Assembly (NCBI GenBank): GCA_045617125.1
Contig: JAZLIA010000034.1
Coordinates: 3,739-67,738 of the forward strand
Source of the DNA: Clostridia bacterium
GTDB taxonomy: Bacteria; Bacillota; Clostridia; Christensenellales; Aristaeellaceae
Direction: 5' to 3'
DNA length: 64,000 nucleotides
Positions 34,241 through 44,824 of the stretch are shown here, piece after piece (position 1 is the stretch's first letter; each line of letters opens with the position of its first letter). The position numbers and the translations under genes were made by a program. Below the pieces are notes generated by a model. That model was not told the origin of the DNA. It saw only the letters and a program-made list of their open reading frames with translations, and ran no database searches.

Positions 34241-36679
34241 TCAGGTAATGTCGGTCAAGTCAAAACGGGCAGTCTGCTTCAGGGCTCGTATGGATATCAC
34301 GGTCATGATCACCGTCATGCCGACTGCGCCAATAACGGAAGCAAAAGCATTGAAGCCGGTGATGAAGGTCGTAAAATTCGTAATGAAGGTTCTGATCGAC
34401 AGGATGCCCATGGCGTAACCGAGAAAAGCGCTGATGATAACGCCCAGGGCTGCATTGATCACGGTGTCCGTAATGATATATTTTCTGACTGCCTTATCGT
34501 TATATCCGTTCATAAGCAGGATGATCATATCCCGCTTTTTTTCGTTGATATACATTTTCAGCAGATTGTTGCACACAAACACCGCCATAGATATGGAAGC
34601 AAACAGATAGATCAGAACAACCACCTTCATCAGCCGTATGATGATCTGAAAAGCCACATCCGCGTAAGTCATATAATCAAGAACAGAATAGCATTGGCTT
34701 GTTTCCGTCAGCTTTTTTTCGATGGACTGCGCATCAGCTTTGCCGGAATCAAACAGGAGCACGTTATCAGAATATTCCTGCTGTGTCTTTTCCTCATAGA
34801 TCCTTTTGCTGACATAGGTGTTGTATATCAGAGAATAATCCTCATAAATGCAGTCAACAGTCCATTCCGTCCTATGGGTGAAAGAATCGATGATCGTTAC
34901 GCTGTCACCCAGTTGAAGATGCAGATATCTGGCCATTGCGTCCGGAATGGCGATCCCATTTTCCAGATGAGCTGTGGCGCCGCTGTCCGCCGAATAGAAA
35001 TGAACAAAATCGCTGATCCTTTCGTCATCCGTCGCAAACAGCATGATGGAAGTGCTGTAGGATTCCGGCGCCATGTCGGCATTGGTTTTATACAGCATTC
35101 CTCGCATCAGTTGCACACTGAGGCAGGACGGAGATTCCCGGATCTCCTCCGGAGCCTGAGCGGTATGCTCGAAAAAGGCGATCCTGTCATAATTCTGGAT
35201 CTTTGAATACTGCGTTTCCCTGGTTTTGATCGAATTGAACAACAGGGTAAAGGATGAGATGATCAGCATGGTGCAGCTTGCAATGCTAATCACAGTAGCC
35301 AGCACCCTTTTTTTCTCATTGAAGGTGTTGTTGATCACCGCTTTTGAGAAAATAGATATTTCCTTCCAGAACGCCATTTTCTGATAGACTCTCGTTTTTC
35401 CTGTTTCCTCATTGCTGTTTGACAACATCTGAAGGATCTCTTTTTTTACGATCTTCCTGCATGCAAGGACGGTCACGAGACCCAGAAAGCCAAGCTCTGC
35501 AACGATGATCAGCAGAAGATCCGCAAAATCAAACGCAAAGCCGATGCGGGTCACAACAATCAAAGGCGCAACAGAATGTTTGATGATGCTTTCGATGATC
35601 CAGACTCCTACCGGGATTCCCAACAGAATGCCCGGAACAACGGCAAGAACGGTGTAGCTCAGATACCACCGGGTGATCTCGCTTGTTGAAAAGCCAAGCG
35701 CGAGCTTGTTGCCAATGACCGGCGCACTGTCGCTCACCAGCCTGGAAATAGAAAAATAGCAAACGAACAGGCCCACCAGCACAAAGATCAGCGCCATGGT
35801 CCATTTGACCTGAGACAAAATGGAGTGGACGATCCCCAGCACGTTGTATCCGACATCGTTCAATCTTGAAGTAATGACCGGGGTCAGCTTTTCAGGCGCA
35901 TCCATCCCCATGCTTTGCATCAGCGTGCTGATATCCCGATACCGGTCCTCGTTCACCGCTTCAGCACGCAAATGGACCGGATCGAAGCTTTCATGGATGA
36001 TCTGTTTGTATTCTGATTCAAAAACGCTCTTTCCGCCGGTATGATCAAGACGCAGATAATACCCCTGGAAATCCTGTCCGTCAAAAAACGCATCGGACGC
36101 ATATCCGATAAGGTGAACAACCGAGGAATTCTTCCTTGAAAACCCAGGAATAAAATCCGATGTGCCAATATAGGCGCAGGATTCCATGAATCCGCACACG
36201 GTCACCTGCCTGGCCGTTCCATCCTCCATATCAAGGGTGATCTTCTGACCGATGGACAGGCCGTATTTCTTTGCAAAGCTTTTTGCGAGGGCAAGCTCAT
36301 CCCCGTTTTTCGGCAGATCGCCTTCCAGTTCAAAAGGAACATTCATGCTTTTTCCGATGCTGGTCAGACGGATCTGATAGGTATGATCCCCCTGATCAAA
36401 AAAAGCACAGGCTTCATGATAGCCTTCAGCCGCACCAAGCTCTGACAAACGTTCGATTTCCTGCTTGTCAAAACCGTAAGGCATGATGACCCTGTAGTCA
36501 TAAGCCAGATACCGGTCGGAAGTCTCGTTCAGCGTATTGGACATGACAACATCGGTCCCGCCGATGCCGATAAAGAGGAACACAGCGAAAAAAACAAGGA
36601 TGAGCATCGACAGATAGGTCGGCAGCGTTCCTTTGATGCTTCTGAATAATTCCGTTCTCAGCGTTCTTTTCATCGTCAC
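34241..36679 (-). CDS. FtsX/MacB-family ABC transporter permease (812 aa, two FtsX modules)
   Basis: N-terminal TM (YLSMLILVFFAVFLFIGIGG), large extracytoplasmic regions and two four-TM FtsX-like blocks. It starts immediately after the ATPase stop (TGA-GTG). Confidence 0.75.
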   Translation of the reverse strand: MTMKRTLRTELFRSIKGTLPTYLSMLILVFFAVFLFIGIGGTDVVMSNTLNETSDRYLAYDYRVIMPYGFDKQEIERLSELGAAEGYHEACAFFDQGDHTYQIRLTSIGKSMNVPFELEGDLPKNGDELALAKSFAKKYGLSIGQKITLDMEDGTARQVTVCGFMESCAYIGTSDFIPGFSRKNSSVVHLIGYASDAFFDGQDFQGYYLRLDHTGGKSVFESEYKQIIHESFDPVHLRAEAVNEDRYRDISTLMQSMGMDAPEKLTPVITSRLNDVGYNVLGIVHSILSQVKWTMALIFVLVGLFVCYFSISRLVSDSAPVIGNKLALGFSTSEITRWYLSYTVLAVVPGILLGIPVGVWIIESIIKHSVAPLIVVTRIGFAFDFADLLLIIVAELGFLGLVTVLACRKIVKKEILQMLSNSNEETGKTRVYQKMAFWKEISIFSKAVINNTFNEKKRVLATVISIASCTMLIISSFTLLFNSIKTRETQYSKIQNYDRIAFFEHTAQAPEEIRESPSCLSVQLMRGMLYKTNADMAPESYSTSIMLFATDDERISDFVHFYSADSGATAHLENGIAIPDAMARYLHLQLGDSVTIIDSFTHRTEWTVDCIYEDYSLIYNTYVSKRIYEEKTQQEYSDNVLLFDSGKADAQSIEKKLTETSQCYSVLDYMTYADVAFQIIIRLMKVVVLIYLFASISMAVFVCNNLLKMYINEKKRDMIILLMNGYNDKAVRKYIITDTVINAALGVIISAFLGYAMGILSIRTFITNFTTFITGFNAFASVIGAVGMTVIMTVISIRALKQTARFDLTDIT

Positions 36680-37885
36680 TCACCATGCCAGTTCGGAGGC
36701 CCTCAATGGATGATTGTTCACGATCGTCTCATAAACCAGGCCTCCCTTGAAACGGATGACCCGATCGGCCATCTTGGCGATCTCTTCGTTGTGAGTCACC
36801 ATCACGAGCGTGGTTCCATCTCTGACGATATCCTCAAACACAGATAACACTTCAATGCTTGTTTCATAATCCAGCGCCGCCGTAGGCTCATCCGCCAGGA
36901 TCAGCTTCGGTTTTTTCACCAGTGCCCTGGCAATGGAAACGCGCTGCTGCTGACCGCCCGAAAGCTCCGATGGAAAATTGTGCGATTTCTTTTCAAGCCC
37001 GACAAGGCGCAGCGCTTCGGCAGCATTCATCGGATCCCCGACCAGTTCTGCAATGATCTGAATATTTTCCAGCGCATTCAGATTGGCGATCAGATTATAG
37101 GCCTGGAAAATGTAGCCCAGATTTTTACGGCGAAATTCAGCGTACTCATCCTTGGATTTTCCGATGATCTCTTCGTTTTCAAACAAGATACTGCCGGAAT
37201 CGGCACGGATGAGGCCGCCGATGATATTGAGCAGGGTGGATTTTCCGCAGCCGGATTCCCCCAGAAGGCAAAGAAATTCTCCTTTATATACGGACAGGCT
37301 CACCCCTTTGAGCACCTTCGTTTCGATCTCACCATTTTGATATGCTTTTTTGATGTCCCTGCAGCTGAGAAGAATTTCCCTGTTTTTGAGCAGATCGACC
37401 GTGACAGCATGTTCATTGATCTCCATCTCGATCAGGGAAACAAGAATGCTGATCACATCGCTCTCCCGTTCGGTAAATCGGCCCTTTTCCTGATTTTTTA
37501 TCACCTCAATACAGCCGCTGGACTGATCCCTGTTCAGAAAAATCGGAACACATACGGAAGAAGCAGCATCCGGAACGGTTTTCCAATTCTGGAAATCCGG
37601 ATCAGAATCATGGCTTATGACCCGTTTCCCGGTTTGTATGCATCTTCCGACTCCATTATCCTCCGCATTTCTTTCCTCCGCGGACAGATCATATTTTCCA
37701 ATCCAGTAAAAAGGCCTGATCTTGCCCTGACTCTGCAGCCAAACGACCACATCATCGCAGAATTTGCCGTCGATCAACACATGAAGCGCGTTTCTGACAG
37801 CCTCATCGTATTTTTTGCTTTCTGTTATGGCAATATGAACTTTCCCTATTACCTTGAATATCCGGATGTCATCTTGATCGTTCAT
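36680..37885 (-). CDS. ABC transporter ATP-binding protein (MacB-type) with an N-terminal GAF-like domain
   Basis: Residues ~1-165 look like GAF: GVGRCIQTGKRVISHDSDPDF, ASSVCVPIFLNRDQSSGCIEVIKNQEKGRFTERESDVISILVSLIEMEI. The ABC part has GESGCGKSTLLNIIGGL, LSGGQQQRVSIARAL, ILADEPTAALD and MVTHN. Confidence 0.75.
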   Translation of the reverse strand: MNDQDDIRIFKVIGKVHIAITESKKYDEAVRNALHVLIDGKFCDDVVVWLQSQGKIRPFYWIGKYDLSAEERNAEDNGVGRCIQTGKRVISHDSDPDFQNWKTVPDAASSVCVPIFLNRDQSSGCIEVIKNQEKGRFTERESDVISILVSLIEMEINEHAVTVDLLKNREILLSCRDIKKAYQNGEIETKVLKGVSLSVYKGEFLCLLGESGCGKSTLLNIIGGLIRADSGSILFENEEIIGKSKDEYAEFRRKNLGYIFQAYNLIANLNALENIQIIAELVGDPMNAAEALRLVGLEKKSHNFPSELSGGQQQRVSIARALVKKPKLILADEPTAALDYETSIEVLSVFEDIVRDGTTLVMVTHNEEIAKMADRVIRFKGGLVYETIVNNHPLRASELAW

Positions 37886-38016
37886 CTTTTTATTTCTCTT
37901 TCAGAATACATGATGTAAGTCCCAGGGCGATCATAACACAGATCCCATCCAATAACAAGGATGGGATAGAGAGAAAAAATGTCAGAATGTGGCAATACTT
38001 TTCATGATTTGATAAT

Positions 38017-38033
38017 AAACCCTGCGCGGGTTT
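38017..38033 (-). terminator. Short hairpin downstream of the GH38 gene (weak terminator candidate)
   Basis: AAACCC-TGCGC-GGGTTT. The trailing U tract on the minus strand is poor (ATTATC). Confidence 0.3.
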
Positions 38034-38043
38034 ATCGCCCGGC

Positions 38044-41043
38044 CTATTCCAGCATCAGCGTTAATATCTCAAACGGTCGCAGATGCAGCGTCACATCGCG
38101 CTTTTTACCCCATTTTTCAAGAACACGTTCATCCATTGAGATAAGATACACGGAATATTCCCGGGGAAGGTGAACGATCGCGTCGGCGAAAAGGCCTTTA
38201 CTTTCATGCAGGCGAAGCACCGTTCCGGGGCCGTCCTCCGCAGGCTTCACGGTATCGATCACGGTGTTTTCCGCAGAGAAACCGGCTGTTTCACGGCAGG
38301 CAAAGGGCAGAACGCGCGGCGGGTTCTGATAGGCTTCCCCATCCCTGAATAGGTCGCTGTTCTCAATAGAGGCATCATACACCCGGATCGCATATTCCAT
38401 CTGCTGCGGACCCCTGTCACAGCTTTCATCCGGCACACAGGGCGAACGCAGCAGGGTAAGATGGATTCCGTTTTCCCGGCAGCGGACCCCGAAAATATCC
38501 CGTGCCAGCACCGCGAAGCACCGGTCGCTTTCAGAATAAGCCGTGTAGCGGTGACTGCACACCTCATACCGGTCCCGTGCAAAGGCGGTATCGTCATGGG
38601 CAGGACGCATCACATGGCAAAACTGCATATCATGCGCCGCCTCCCGGCAGGAAAGATCGGTTTCAAAGCAGGCTTTCAGCAGGCGGTGCTTTTCCTGCCA
38701 ATCGATCCCGGTCTCAAAATCGATACCCGCCCGGTCAGCATAAAAACGGATGCGTTCAACGCAGGGGCTGGAAAGGATGCGGCATTCAAAGCGAAGCGTC
38801 AGCTCCTCCGGAGACGCTTTTTCCACCTTAAGGCTTCCCGGTATGACCCCGTCCGGGATCAGATCCTTCACATAATCCCGGGAAAGCTCCCAGGCATCAT
38901 ATACCGGTTCCACATTCTTATAGACCCGGAAACAATTCATTTTTTGATCAGGGCGCTGAAGCATTTTCCCGGTTCTAAGATCGGTAAGACCATATATACA
39001 GCCGTCCTCCCTCACTTCAAAACGGATCAGACCATTCTCCGCCCGGATGCATCCGTTTTCCTCCCGGAACACGACCGGATGGCAGATCGGTTCAAAACTG
39101 TGAAGCACAATCGTTCCGGAAGGCGGCAAGGTCACATAGCCGCTTTTCCCGTCCGGCAGGGTTACATACTCTCTTCTTGCAAAGGAGAGGGTGTTGAGCA
39201 GCGCTGCCCCCTCTTCCCCGGTCCCAAGCGTCTGACGGGCCAGACGGATGATCAGTTCTTCCGCTTCCCGAAAACCCCCGGAAAGCGTTTCCTCCGCTTC
39301 CCGGTGCACGCATTCAAGGCCCACTCCCGCACAGATATCGTGGAACTGATGGGCGAGCAGCACCCGCCACAGGGCGGCCAAGTGCTTTTTAAACGGCTCC
39401 CGCTCTTCATTGGGCAGCTGGCACATTAACATTTCCGCATCGTGCAGCTGCCGTTCCAAACGCTTGATCCCCACCTTGGTGCCCCGCTGCACCGTGTAGG
39501 TTCCCCTGTGCCAGGAAAGGTACAGTTCACCCTGCCACACGTGTTTGTGCGCCCGCTCCCGGGCACTTAAAAAGTATTCCTCCGGGCTGCTCCAACGGGT
39601 TTTCGGAAGGCCCGCCAGATCCTTTTCCCTTTTCAGAAATTCCAGCATATCCCGGTCCGCTCCGCCGCCGCCATCCCCAAAGCCAAAGGGATAAAGCTGG
39701 CTGTCGGCATCCCCCTGAGGGTTGCTGTGCTTATGCCAGCGCTCCCAGAGGTTCCTTGGATCGGTGCGGGCATTGCTCTTGAAAAAGGACAAAGCCTGCA
39801 CCCGGGTGCCGTCCGCGCCCTCCCACATAAAATCCTGATAGGGAAAGCGTTCACATTCCGGGTCCGCCCGCAGCAGCTTCTGCGTGGCGAAATAGGGGAT
39901 CTCCATACTGTGCATCATCTGGGGAAGCTGGGCTGTAAAACCAAAGGTATCCGGCTGCCAGGCCACTTTGGTATCCGCTCCCATTTCTTTTTTGAACCAT
40001 CTTTTTCCCAGCATCAGCTGACGCACCAGGCTCTCGCCGGAGGGAATATTGGTGTCGCATTCCACATAAAACGCCCCGTCCGGGATCATCCTGCCTTCCT
40101 TCACACGGGAAAGCAGCCGGTCATACTGTCCCCGGTCCGTTTCGCGCAGCATTTCAAGCAGCCGCGGTTCACAGGCAAGAAAACGGTATTCCGGATATTC
40201 CTCCATCAGGGAAAGCTGGTTTGCGTAGGTCCTGCGCACCTTATGAAGGGTCTCCTCCATCGGCCAGAGCCAGGCCAGATCAATATGCGACTGGCCGATC
40301 AGATGCAGCACAGGGTCATCCTGCTTTCCCTTTGTTTCAAGAGCCTCCCTCATGCATTCCCGGGCCCTAAGGTAGGTAAGCATGCGCTCTTCATATTCCA
40401 GCTCCGGATCCGCCGTGTGGGTAAATGCCCTCAGAGCCTGCTCATATCTACTTCTGCGTTCATCCCCATCCGGAAGAAGAAGCGCCGTTCCCGCAAGGGC
40501 TTCGGCATCCATCAGAAGCTGAAACACGGTTTCCTCAAACACTGCGGCAAAGCTTGTCTTTATGACGCACTGCTTTTCCGGCACAGGCGGCACAGCCCGC
40601 CTTCCCGGTGGGCAGGGCAGCGTGTTTTCCAGCCGGGCTCCGTGGCCGGCATAGCTTTCCACCGCAATACGCAGCGTTTTCCCCGCTTCTGCCTCTCTTT
40701 TCAGCGTGACATAACGGTGTTCCTTGTCAATACTCCCGCAGGGCTCACCGTTTACAAACACCATTTGCTCTCCGCCCAGGCCGCTCAAAAAAACGAGCCG
40801 CTTTCCCTGTGCGTTTTCCAGCACGGTCAAATCAGCAAAAAACCATCCATACTCACGGTTTTCGCCCCAGGGAGTGCCTTCCCGCATCTCAAACAGGGGA
40901 AGCGTTTCCGCTTCCCCTATGGTAAGGCATTTTCTTGTAAACGCACCCCGGAACGGAACCGTACACACGGGTGTGAACAGCTCCTGTTTCAATTCTTCTA
41001 GCCAGGCTTCCAGTCTTTGACGAAACTGACGGTCTTCCGGCAT
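38044..41043 (-). CDS. Glycoside hydrolase family 38 alpha-mannosidase (cytoplasmic)
   Basis: LHLIGQSHIDLAWLWPMEETLHKVRRTYANQLSLMEEYPEYRF is the GH38 N-terminal catalytic signature. 999 aa, no signal peptide, GGGAGGA RBS. It lies 18 nt downstream of iolE. Confidence 0.85.
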   Translation of the reverse strand: MPEDRQFRQRLEAWLEELKQELFTPVCTVPFRGAFTRKCLTIGEAETLPLFEMREGTPWGENREYGWFFADLTVLENAQGKRLVFLSGLGGEQMVFVNGEPCGSIDKEHRYVTLKREAEAGKTLRIAVESYAGHGARLENTLPCPPGRRAVPPVPEKQCVIKTSFAAVFEETVFQLLMDAEALAGTALLLPDGDERRSRYEQALRAFTHTADPELEYEERMLTYLRARECMREALETKGKQDDPVLHLIGQSHIDLAWLWPMEETLHKVRRTYANQLSLMEEYPEYRFLACEPRLLEMLRETDRGQYDRLLSRVKEGRMIPDGAFYVECDTNIPSGESLVRQLMLGKRWFKKEMGADTKVAWQPDTFGFTAQLPQMMHSMEIPYFATQKLLRADPECERFPYQDFMWEGADGTRVQALSFFKSNARTDPRNLWERWHKHSNPQGDADSQLYPFGFGDGGGGADRDMLEFLKREKDLAGLPKTRWSSPEEYFLSARERAHKHVWQGELYLSWHRGTYTVQRGTKVGIKRLERQLHDAEMLMCQLPNEEREPFKKHLAALWRVLLAHQFHDICAGVGLECVHREAEETLSGGFREAEELIIRLARQTLGTGEEGAALLNTLSFARREYVTLPDGKSGYVTLPPSGTIVLHSFEPICHPVVFREENGCIRAENGLIRFEVREDGCIYGLTDLRTGKMLQRPDQKMNCFRVYKNVEPVYDAWELSRDYVKDLIPDGVIPGSLKVEKASPEELTLRFECRILSSPCVERIRFYADRAGIDFETGIDWQEKHRLLKACFETDLSCREAAHDMQFCHVMRPAHDDTAFARDRYEVCSHRYTAYSESDRCFAVLARDIFGVRCRENGIHLTLLRSPCVPDESCDRGPQQMEYAIRVYDASIENSDLFRDGEAYQNPPRVLPFACRETAGFSAENTVIDTVKPAEDGPGTVLRLHESKGLFADAIVHLPREYSVYLISMDERVLEKWGKKRDVTLHLRPFEILTLMLE

Positions 41044-41061
41044 AACGTTTTCCTCCCAGGA

Positions 41062-41958
41062 TCACAGTCCGGTCTTTTCAGCAATATACTTTCTGGCCTT
41101 CACGGCATATTCGAAGGGATTGGCCTTTGCGGGGTCCTGTTCCGCTTCCACCACTACCCAGCCTTCATAGCCGGCTTCCTCCAGCACGCTGAAAATGGGG
41201 GCAAAATCCACATCTCCGTCACCGGGAACAGTGAACACGCCGTTTCTCACAGCAGTCAGGAAGCTCCAGCCTTCCTTTTTCGCCTGGTCTCGCACATTCA
41301 GACGCACATCCTTGAGATGCACATGCCGGATGCGGCCGATATACTTTTTCAATACGGGAACAGGATCGATGCCCGCAAAGGTGAGATGGCCGCTGTCAAA
41401 AAGCAGGAACACCTTGCTTGGATCTACCAGACTCATGAAGGTGTCGATCTCCTCCGCAGTCTGCACGCCAGTGCCCATATGATGGTGGCAGGTGAGCACC
41501 ATTCCCTTTTCCTGAGCCAGGGCGCCCATCTCGTTATAGCCCTTCGCGATCAATTCCCACTGCTGCTGCGTGTAAACAGGCTTTTCATTTCCGAAAATAT
41601 TGATATTTTTGCCCTGAATGCTGTTGCCCTGCTCACTGGCGCCGATCACCCGTGCGCCAAGAGCATACAAGCGGTCGCGATGGGCAATGAAGTTGCGGAT
41701 GGTCACCTCATAGGGCTCGCTGGTAAACAGGGAAGAAAACCACGCATTGCAGATCGTAAGGCCGCGCACCTCCAGCTTATGCCGAAGCACATCGGTATCC
41801 TGTGGATACTTGTTGCCGATCTCGCTGCCCTTAAAACCTGCCAGAGCCATTTCACTCACGCACTGTTCAAAGGTGTTTTCCTTTCCCAGGTCGGGCATGT
41901 CATCGTTCGTCCATCCGATAGGCGCGATCGCCAGCTTCACTTTGCTCTTATCCAGCAT
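41062..41958 (-). CDS. iolE: Myo-inosose-2 dehydratase
   Basis: [46 protein letters not shown] closely parallels Bacillus IolE; iol operon context. Confidence 0.85.
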   Translation of the reverse strand: MLDKSKVKLAIAPIGWTNDDMPDLGKENTFEQCVSEMALAGFKGSEIGNKYPQDTDVLRHKLEVRGLTICNAWFSSLFTSEPYEVTIRNFIAHRDRLYALGARVIGASEQGNSIQGKNINIFGNEKPVYTQQQWELIAKGYNEMGALAQEKGMVLTCHHHMGTGVQTAEEIDTFMSLVDPSKVFLLFDSGHLTFAGIDPVPVLKKYIGRIRHVHLKDVRLNVRDQAKKEGWSFLTAVRNGVFTVPGDGDVDFAPIFSVLEEAGYEGWVVVEAEQDPAKANPFEYAVKARKYIAEKTGL

Positions 41959-41978
41959 TTTTGTATCTCCTTTGAATC

Positions 41979-43832
41979 TTAGAATTTTCTTGTTTTTTCA
42001 ACATGAGCGCTCATATCGGCATAAGCTGCCTGCACTCTTTCCTGTGTGCTCACTTCCGCAACGCCCACACGCCACCAGCTGTCAAAGCCGGGGGTCATGG
42101 TACCGGGAAGCACCTTGATATCGTAAAGCACCGGCAAAGGCTGGGTGAGAGCGTCTCTGAGAGCCGTTTTCAGTTCCTCCTCGGTGTGAATGGAATAGGT
42201 CTTCAGTCCGTATCCCGCGGCACACTTTGCATAATCCACCGGCATCACAGGGCCGTCAAGCTCCCCTGTCGCTTCATTGCGGAAGCGGAATACCGTACCG
42301 AAGGTATCGTTTCCCTGGTTGTTCTGCAGATTTTCTATGCAGCCCCACCCGCTGTTGTCAAACAGGCAGAAGTGCACCCGCAGCCCTTCCTGCAGACAGG
42401 TAAGCAGCTCACTGTGCGCCATCAGGAAGGTACCATCGCCAAAGAAGGTGTACACCTCCCGGTCCGGACAGGCCAGCTTCACACCCAGAGCGCCGTTGGT
42501 TTCATAGCCCATGTTGGAAAAGCCGTATTCCATGTGATAGGTGTCGCGTTCGCCGGGGCGGAACAGACGCTGCATATCCCCGGGAAGACTGCCCGCGCTG
42601 CCGACAGCCACGTCGCGCTCATTCATGAATTCGTTGATGATGCCAAGCGCCCTTGTCTGGCTAAGGCCTCCGTCCGCCTTCGCATGATAATACGAATCCG
42701 CGATCTTCAGCCATTCATCCCGTTCCTGACGGGCTTCGCCACTAAAGGCATAGCGATAGCCCTGAAGGGCCTCCGTCAATTGATCGAGGGCTTCCCTTGC
42801 ATCGGCAATGATGGCTTCGCCATCCATCTTCACCGCGTCAAAGGGGCAGATATTGAGCGACACCACCTTCGCGTTTTCCTTGAAAAGCAGCTTGGAACAG
42901 GTGGTAAAATCGGTCAAACGGGTGCCCACCGCGATCACGGCATCGGCCTTAGCGCCAACACGGTTGGCTGCCTGCCCGCCGGTGACGCCGATGCCGCCAA
43001 GGTTGAGAGGATGTTTCCAGGAAACCGTGCCCTTGCCCGCCTGCGTTTCCGCAAAAGGAATGCCGGTGCTTTCGCAGAAGCGAAGCAGCGCATCTCCCGC
43101 ACGGGAATACCGGACGCCGCCGCCGCAGATCACGATGGGACGCTCCGCATTCCGGATGATCCGCGCCGCACGTTCCGTCTGATCCGGAGTGGGCACGCGC
43201 CGGTCCATATGCCATACACGTTTTCTGAAGAAGGAAACAGGATAATCATAGGCTTCCCCCTCCGTATCCTGCGGCAGAGCCAGGCACACCGCGCCGGTGT
43301 CGGCCGGGTCGGTCAGCACCCTGATGGCATGGATCAGCGCGGTCATCAGCTGTTCCGGCCGTTCGATCCTGTCAAAATAGTGGCACACACCCCGGAATGC
43401 ATCCGTCACCGTGCGGCCAAAGGAATCAAAAAACTCCGCCTGCTGAAGCACAGGATCCGGTTGACGGCAGGCAAAGGTGTCGCCGGGCAACACGAGAAGC
43501 GGGATGCGGTTGGCCGTGGCACAGCCTGCAGCCGTCACCATGTTCATGGCACCGGGGCCAATGGAGCTTACGCAGGGAATGATCTCCAGCCGGTTCTTCT
43601 GCTTGGCAAAAGCCATTGCAGCCAAAGCCATGTTCTGCTCATTTTTCCCCTGCAGAAAGCGGATGGAATGTTCCCCCTGGCTGAGAGCCTGGCCTACGCC
43701 CACCACACAGCCGTGACCAAACACTCCGAAAATGTTGTTGACAAATTTATGCTCGGCATGATCCGATTCCACATACTGCTGATCCAGAAAACATACAAGC
43801 GCCTGAGCCATTGTGAGACGTACCGTTTCCAT
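41979..43832 (-). CDS. iolD: 3D-(3,5/4)-trihydroxycyclohexane-1,2-dione acylhydrolase (ThDP-dependent)
   Basis: [19 protein letters not shown]...[17 protein letters not shown] parallels the Bacillus IolD N-terminus. 617 aa, ThDP enzyme layout. Confidence 0.85.
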   Translation of the reverse strand: METVRLTMAQALVCFLDQQYVESDHAEHKFVNNIFGVFGHGCVVGVGQALSQGEHSIRFLQGKNEQNMALAAMAFAKQKNRLEIIPCVSSIGPGAMNMVTAAGCATANRIPLLVLPGDTFACRQPDPVLQQAEFFDSFGRTVTDAFRGVCHYFDRIERPEQLMTALIHAIRVLTDPADTGAVCLALPQDTEGEAYDYPVSFFRKRVWHMDRRVPTPDQTERAARIIRNAERPIVICGGGVRYSRAGDALLRFCESTGIPFAETQAGKGTVSWKHPLNLGGIGVTGGQAANRVGAKADAVIAVGTRLTDFTTCSKLLFKENAKVVSLNICPFDAVKMDGEAIIADAREALDQLTEALQGYRYAFSGEARQERDEWLKIADSYYHAKADGGLSQTRALGIINEFMNERDVAVGSAGSLPGDMQRLFRPGERDTYHMEYGFSNMGYETNGALGVKLACPDREVYTFFGDGTFLMAHSELLTCLQEGLRVHFCLFDNSGWGCIENLQNNQGNDTFGTVFRFRNEATGELDGPVMPVDYAKCAAGYGLKTYSIHTEEELKTALRDALTQPLPVLYDIKVLPGTMTPGFDSWWRVGVAEVSTQERVQAAYADMSAHVEKTRKF

Positions 43833-43870
43833 TGCCTGTCCTCCAAACGATCAGAAATGATATAATGCCG

Positions 43871-44686
43871 TCAGCGATAATTGTCTCCCCAGTAAGGCGC
43901 ATCCTTTTCCTGCACCCAGAGATGATCGCTTATGAACACCGGATATTCCGGCTGGCGGTAGGGACAGCCGTTCAGGTGCCGTATTCCCCACAGATACCAC
44001 AGCGCATATCCCGGAGGAGTGCACTGGGGATGAGTAAGGCCCGGCTTAATCAAAACGGTGTCGTTGTTGTGCACCTTCACCACATCCTCCCCCAGCTCCG
44101 CATAGGCAAAGCCGCCTGAAGGATTGGTCTTATAGTAATACACCTCCGGCTGCGGGTGATGATGGGGCGGATAGCTGCTCCATTTTCCCGGGAAGCCGAT
44201 CACCTCGCCCAGCACCAGGTTTGCATAGGGCGCGTTTGAATAATCAAAGATCGTCCGCACGATGCGGGTGGAGGCTTCGTGCATGGTGCCCTCCCCGCGG
44301 AACTCATCGGGAGTATCCTCGGGCAGATACAGCCTGGAACCGAATTCCTTCTCATTATCGGTGCGCAGGATGTTCACTTCCGCATCGTCGCTGAGACACT
44401 CCAGCGTCACCTGCGTTTTCCGGTCGGCATGCAGGGCTGTAGGCGGCACATCAAAACAGTTTTTCCGGTCCTGTTCATGCGTTTTTCCGTCCCACACAAA
44501 GCGTACACACCCGTACACCAGCAAAAAAGCCTTCTCCAGAGGCGCTTCATCAATGAACCAATCGCCCTTTTTCATACGCAGGATGCCGAAATCCATCAGC
44601 ATCTCGCTGTTTTTCCCGTTCATTTCAGTAATGGAGGTGTAGCCGGGATCATGTTCTTTTTTCCCGCGGATAATCGGCTGCATCAT
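43871..44686 (-). CDS. iolB: 5-deoxy-glucuronate isomerase
   Basis: Cupin-like protein of about 271 aa between iolG and iolD. ATG at 44686 is preceded by GAAAGGAG. The upstream 36 codons of the track ORF were rejected. Confidence 0.7.
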   Translation of the reverse strand: MMQPIIRGKKEHDPGYTSITEMNGKNSEMLMDFGILRMKKGDWFIDEAPLEKAFLLVYGCVRFVWDGKTHEQDRKNCFDVPPTALHADRKTQVTLECLSDDAEVNILRTDNEKEFGSRLYLPEDTPDEFRGEGTMHEASTRIVRTIFDYSNAPYANLVLGEVIGFPGKWSSYPPHHHPQPEVYYYKTNPSGGFAYAELGEDVVKVHNNDTVLIKPGLTHPQCTPPGYALWYLWGIRHLNGCPYRQPEYPVFISDHLWVQEKDAPYWGDNYR

Positions 44687-44824
44687 TTTCTCCTTTCCCG
44701 AGCCCGCACGCACCGGCGGCGCTCCGGTCTGCACATTTGATACGCACTCGATGCTTCCCGGCACGGAAGACCATGTCGGGAAGAGAAAAAGCATGAAGGA
44801 ACTGCTGATCGATTCGGTGATTCC

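Noticed and set aside
34178-35206. A 342-aa plus-strand ORF (and 36980-37918, 312 aa) inside the second lower-G+C patch.
   Set aside because: Both are antisense to the FtsX permease and the GAF-ABC ATPase, which have clear motifs. Their own translations show no motifs and unnatural composition.
42003-43865. A 620-aa plus-strand ORF opposite iolD. Similar full-length antisense ORFs lie opposite other genes: 51329-52996, 27357-28601, 32509-33744, 25747-26907, 55821-57191, 57479-58504, 58173-59360, 44855-45892 and 46020-47060.
   Set aside because: The explanation is the same. Each lies exactly antisense to a gene with recognisable family motifs, has Arg/Gly/His/Pro-rich composition and lacks a plausible RBS. 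They are artefacts of GC-rich codon usage.
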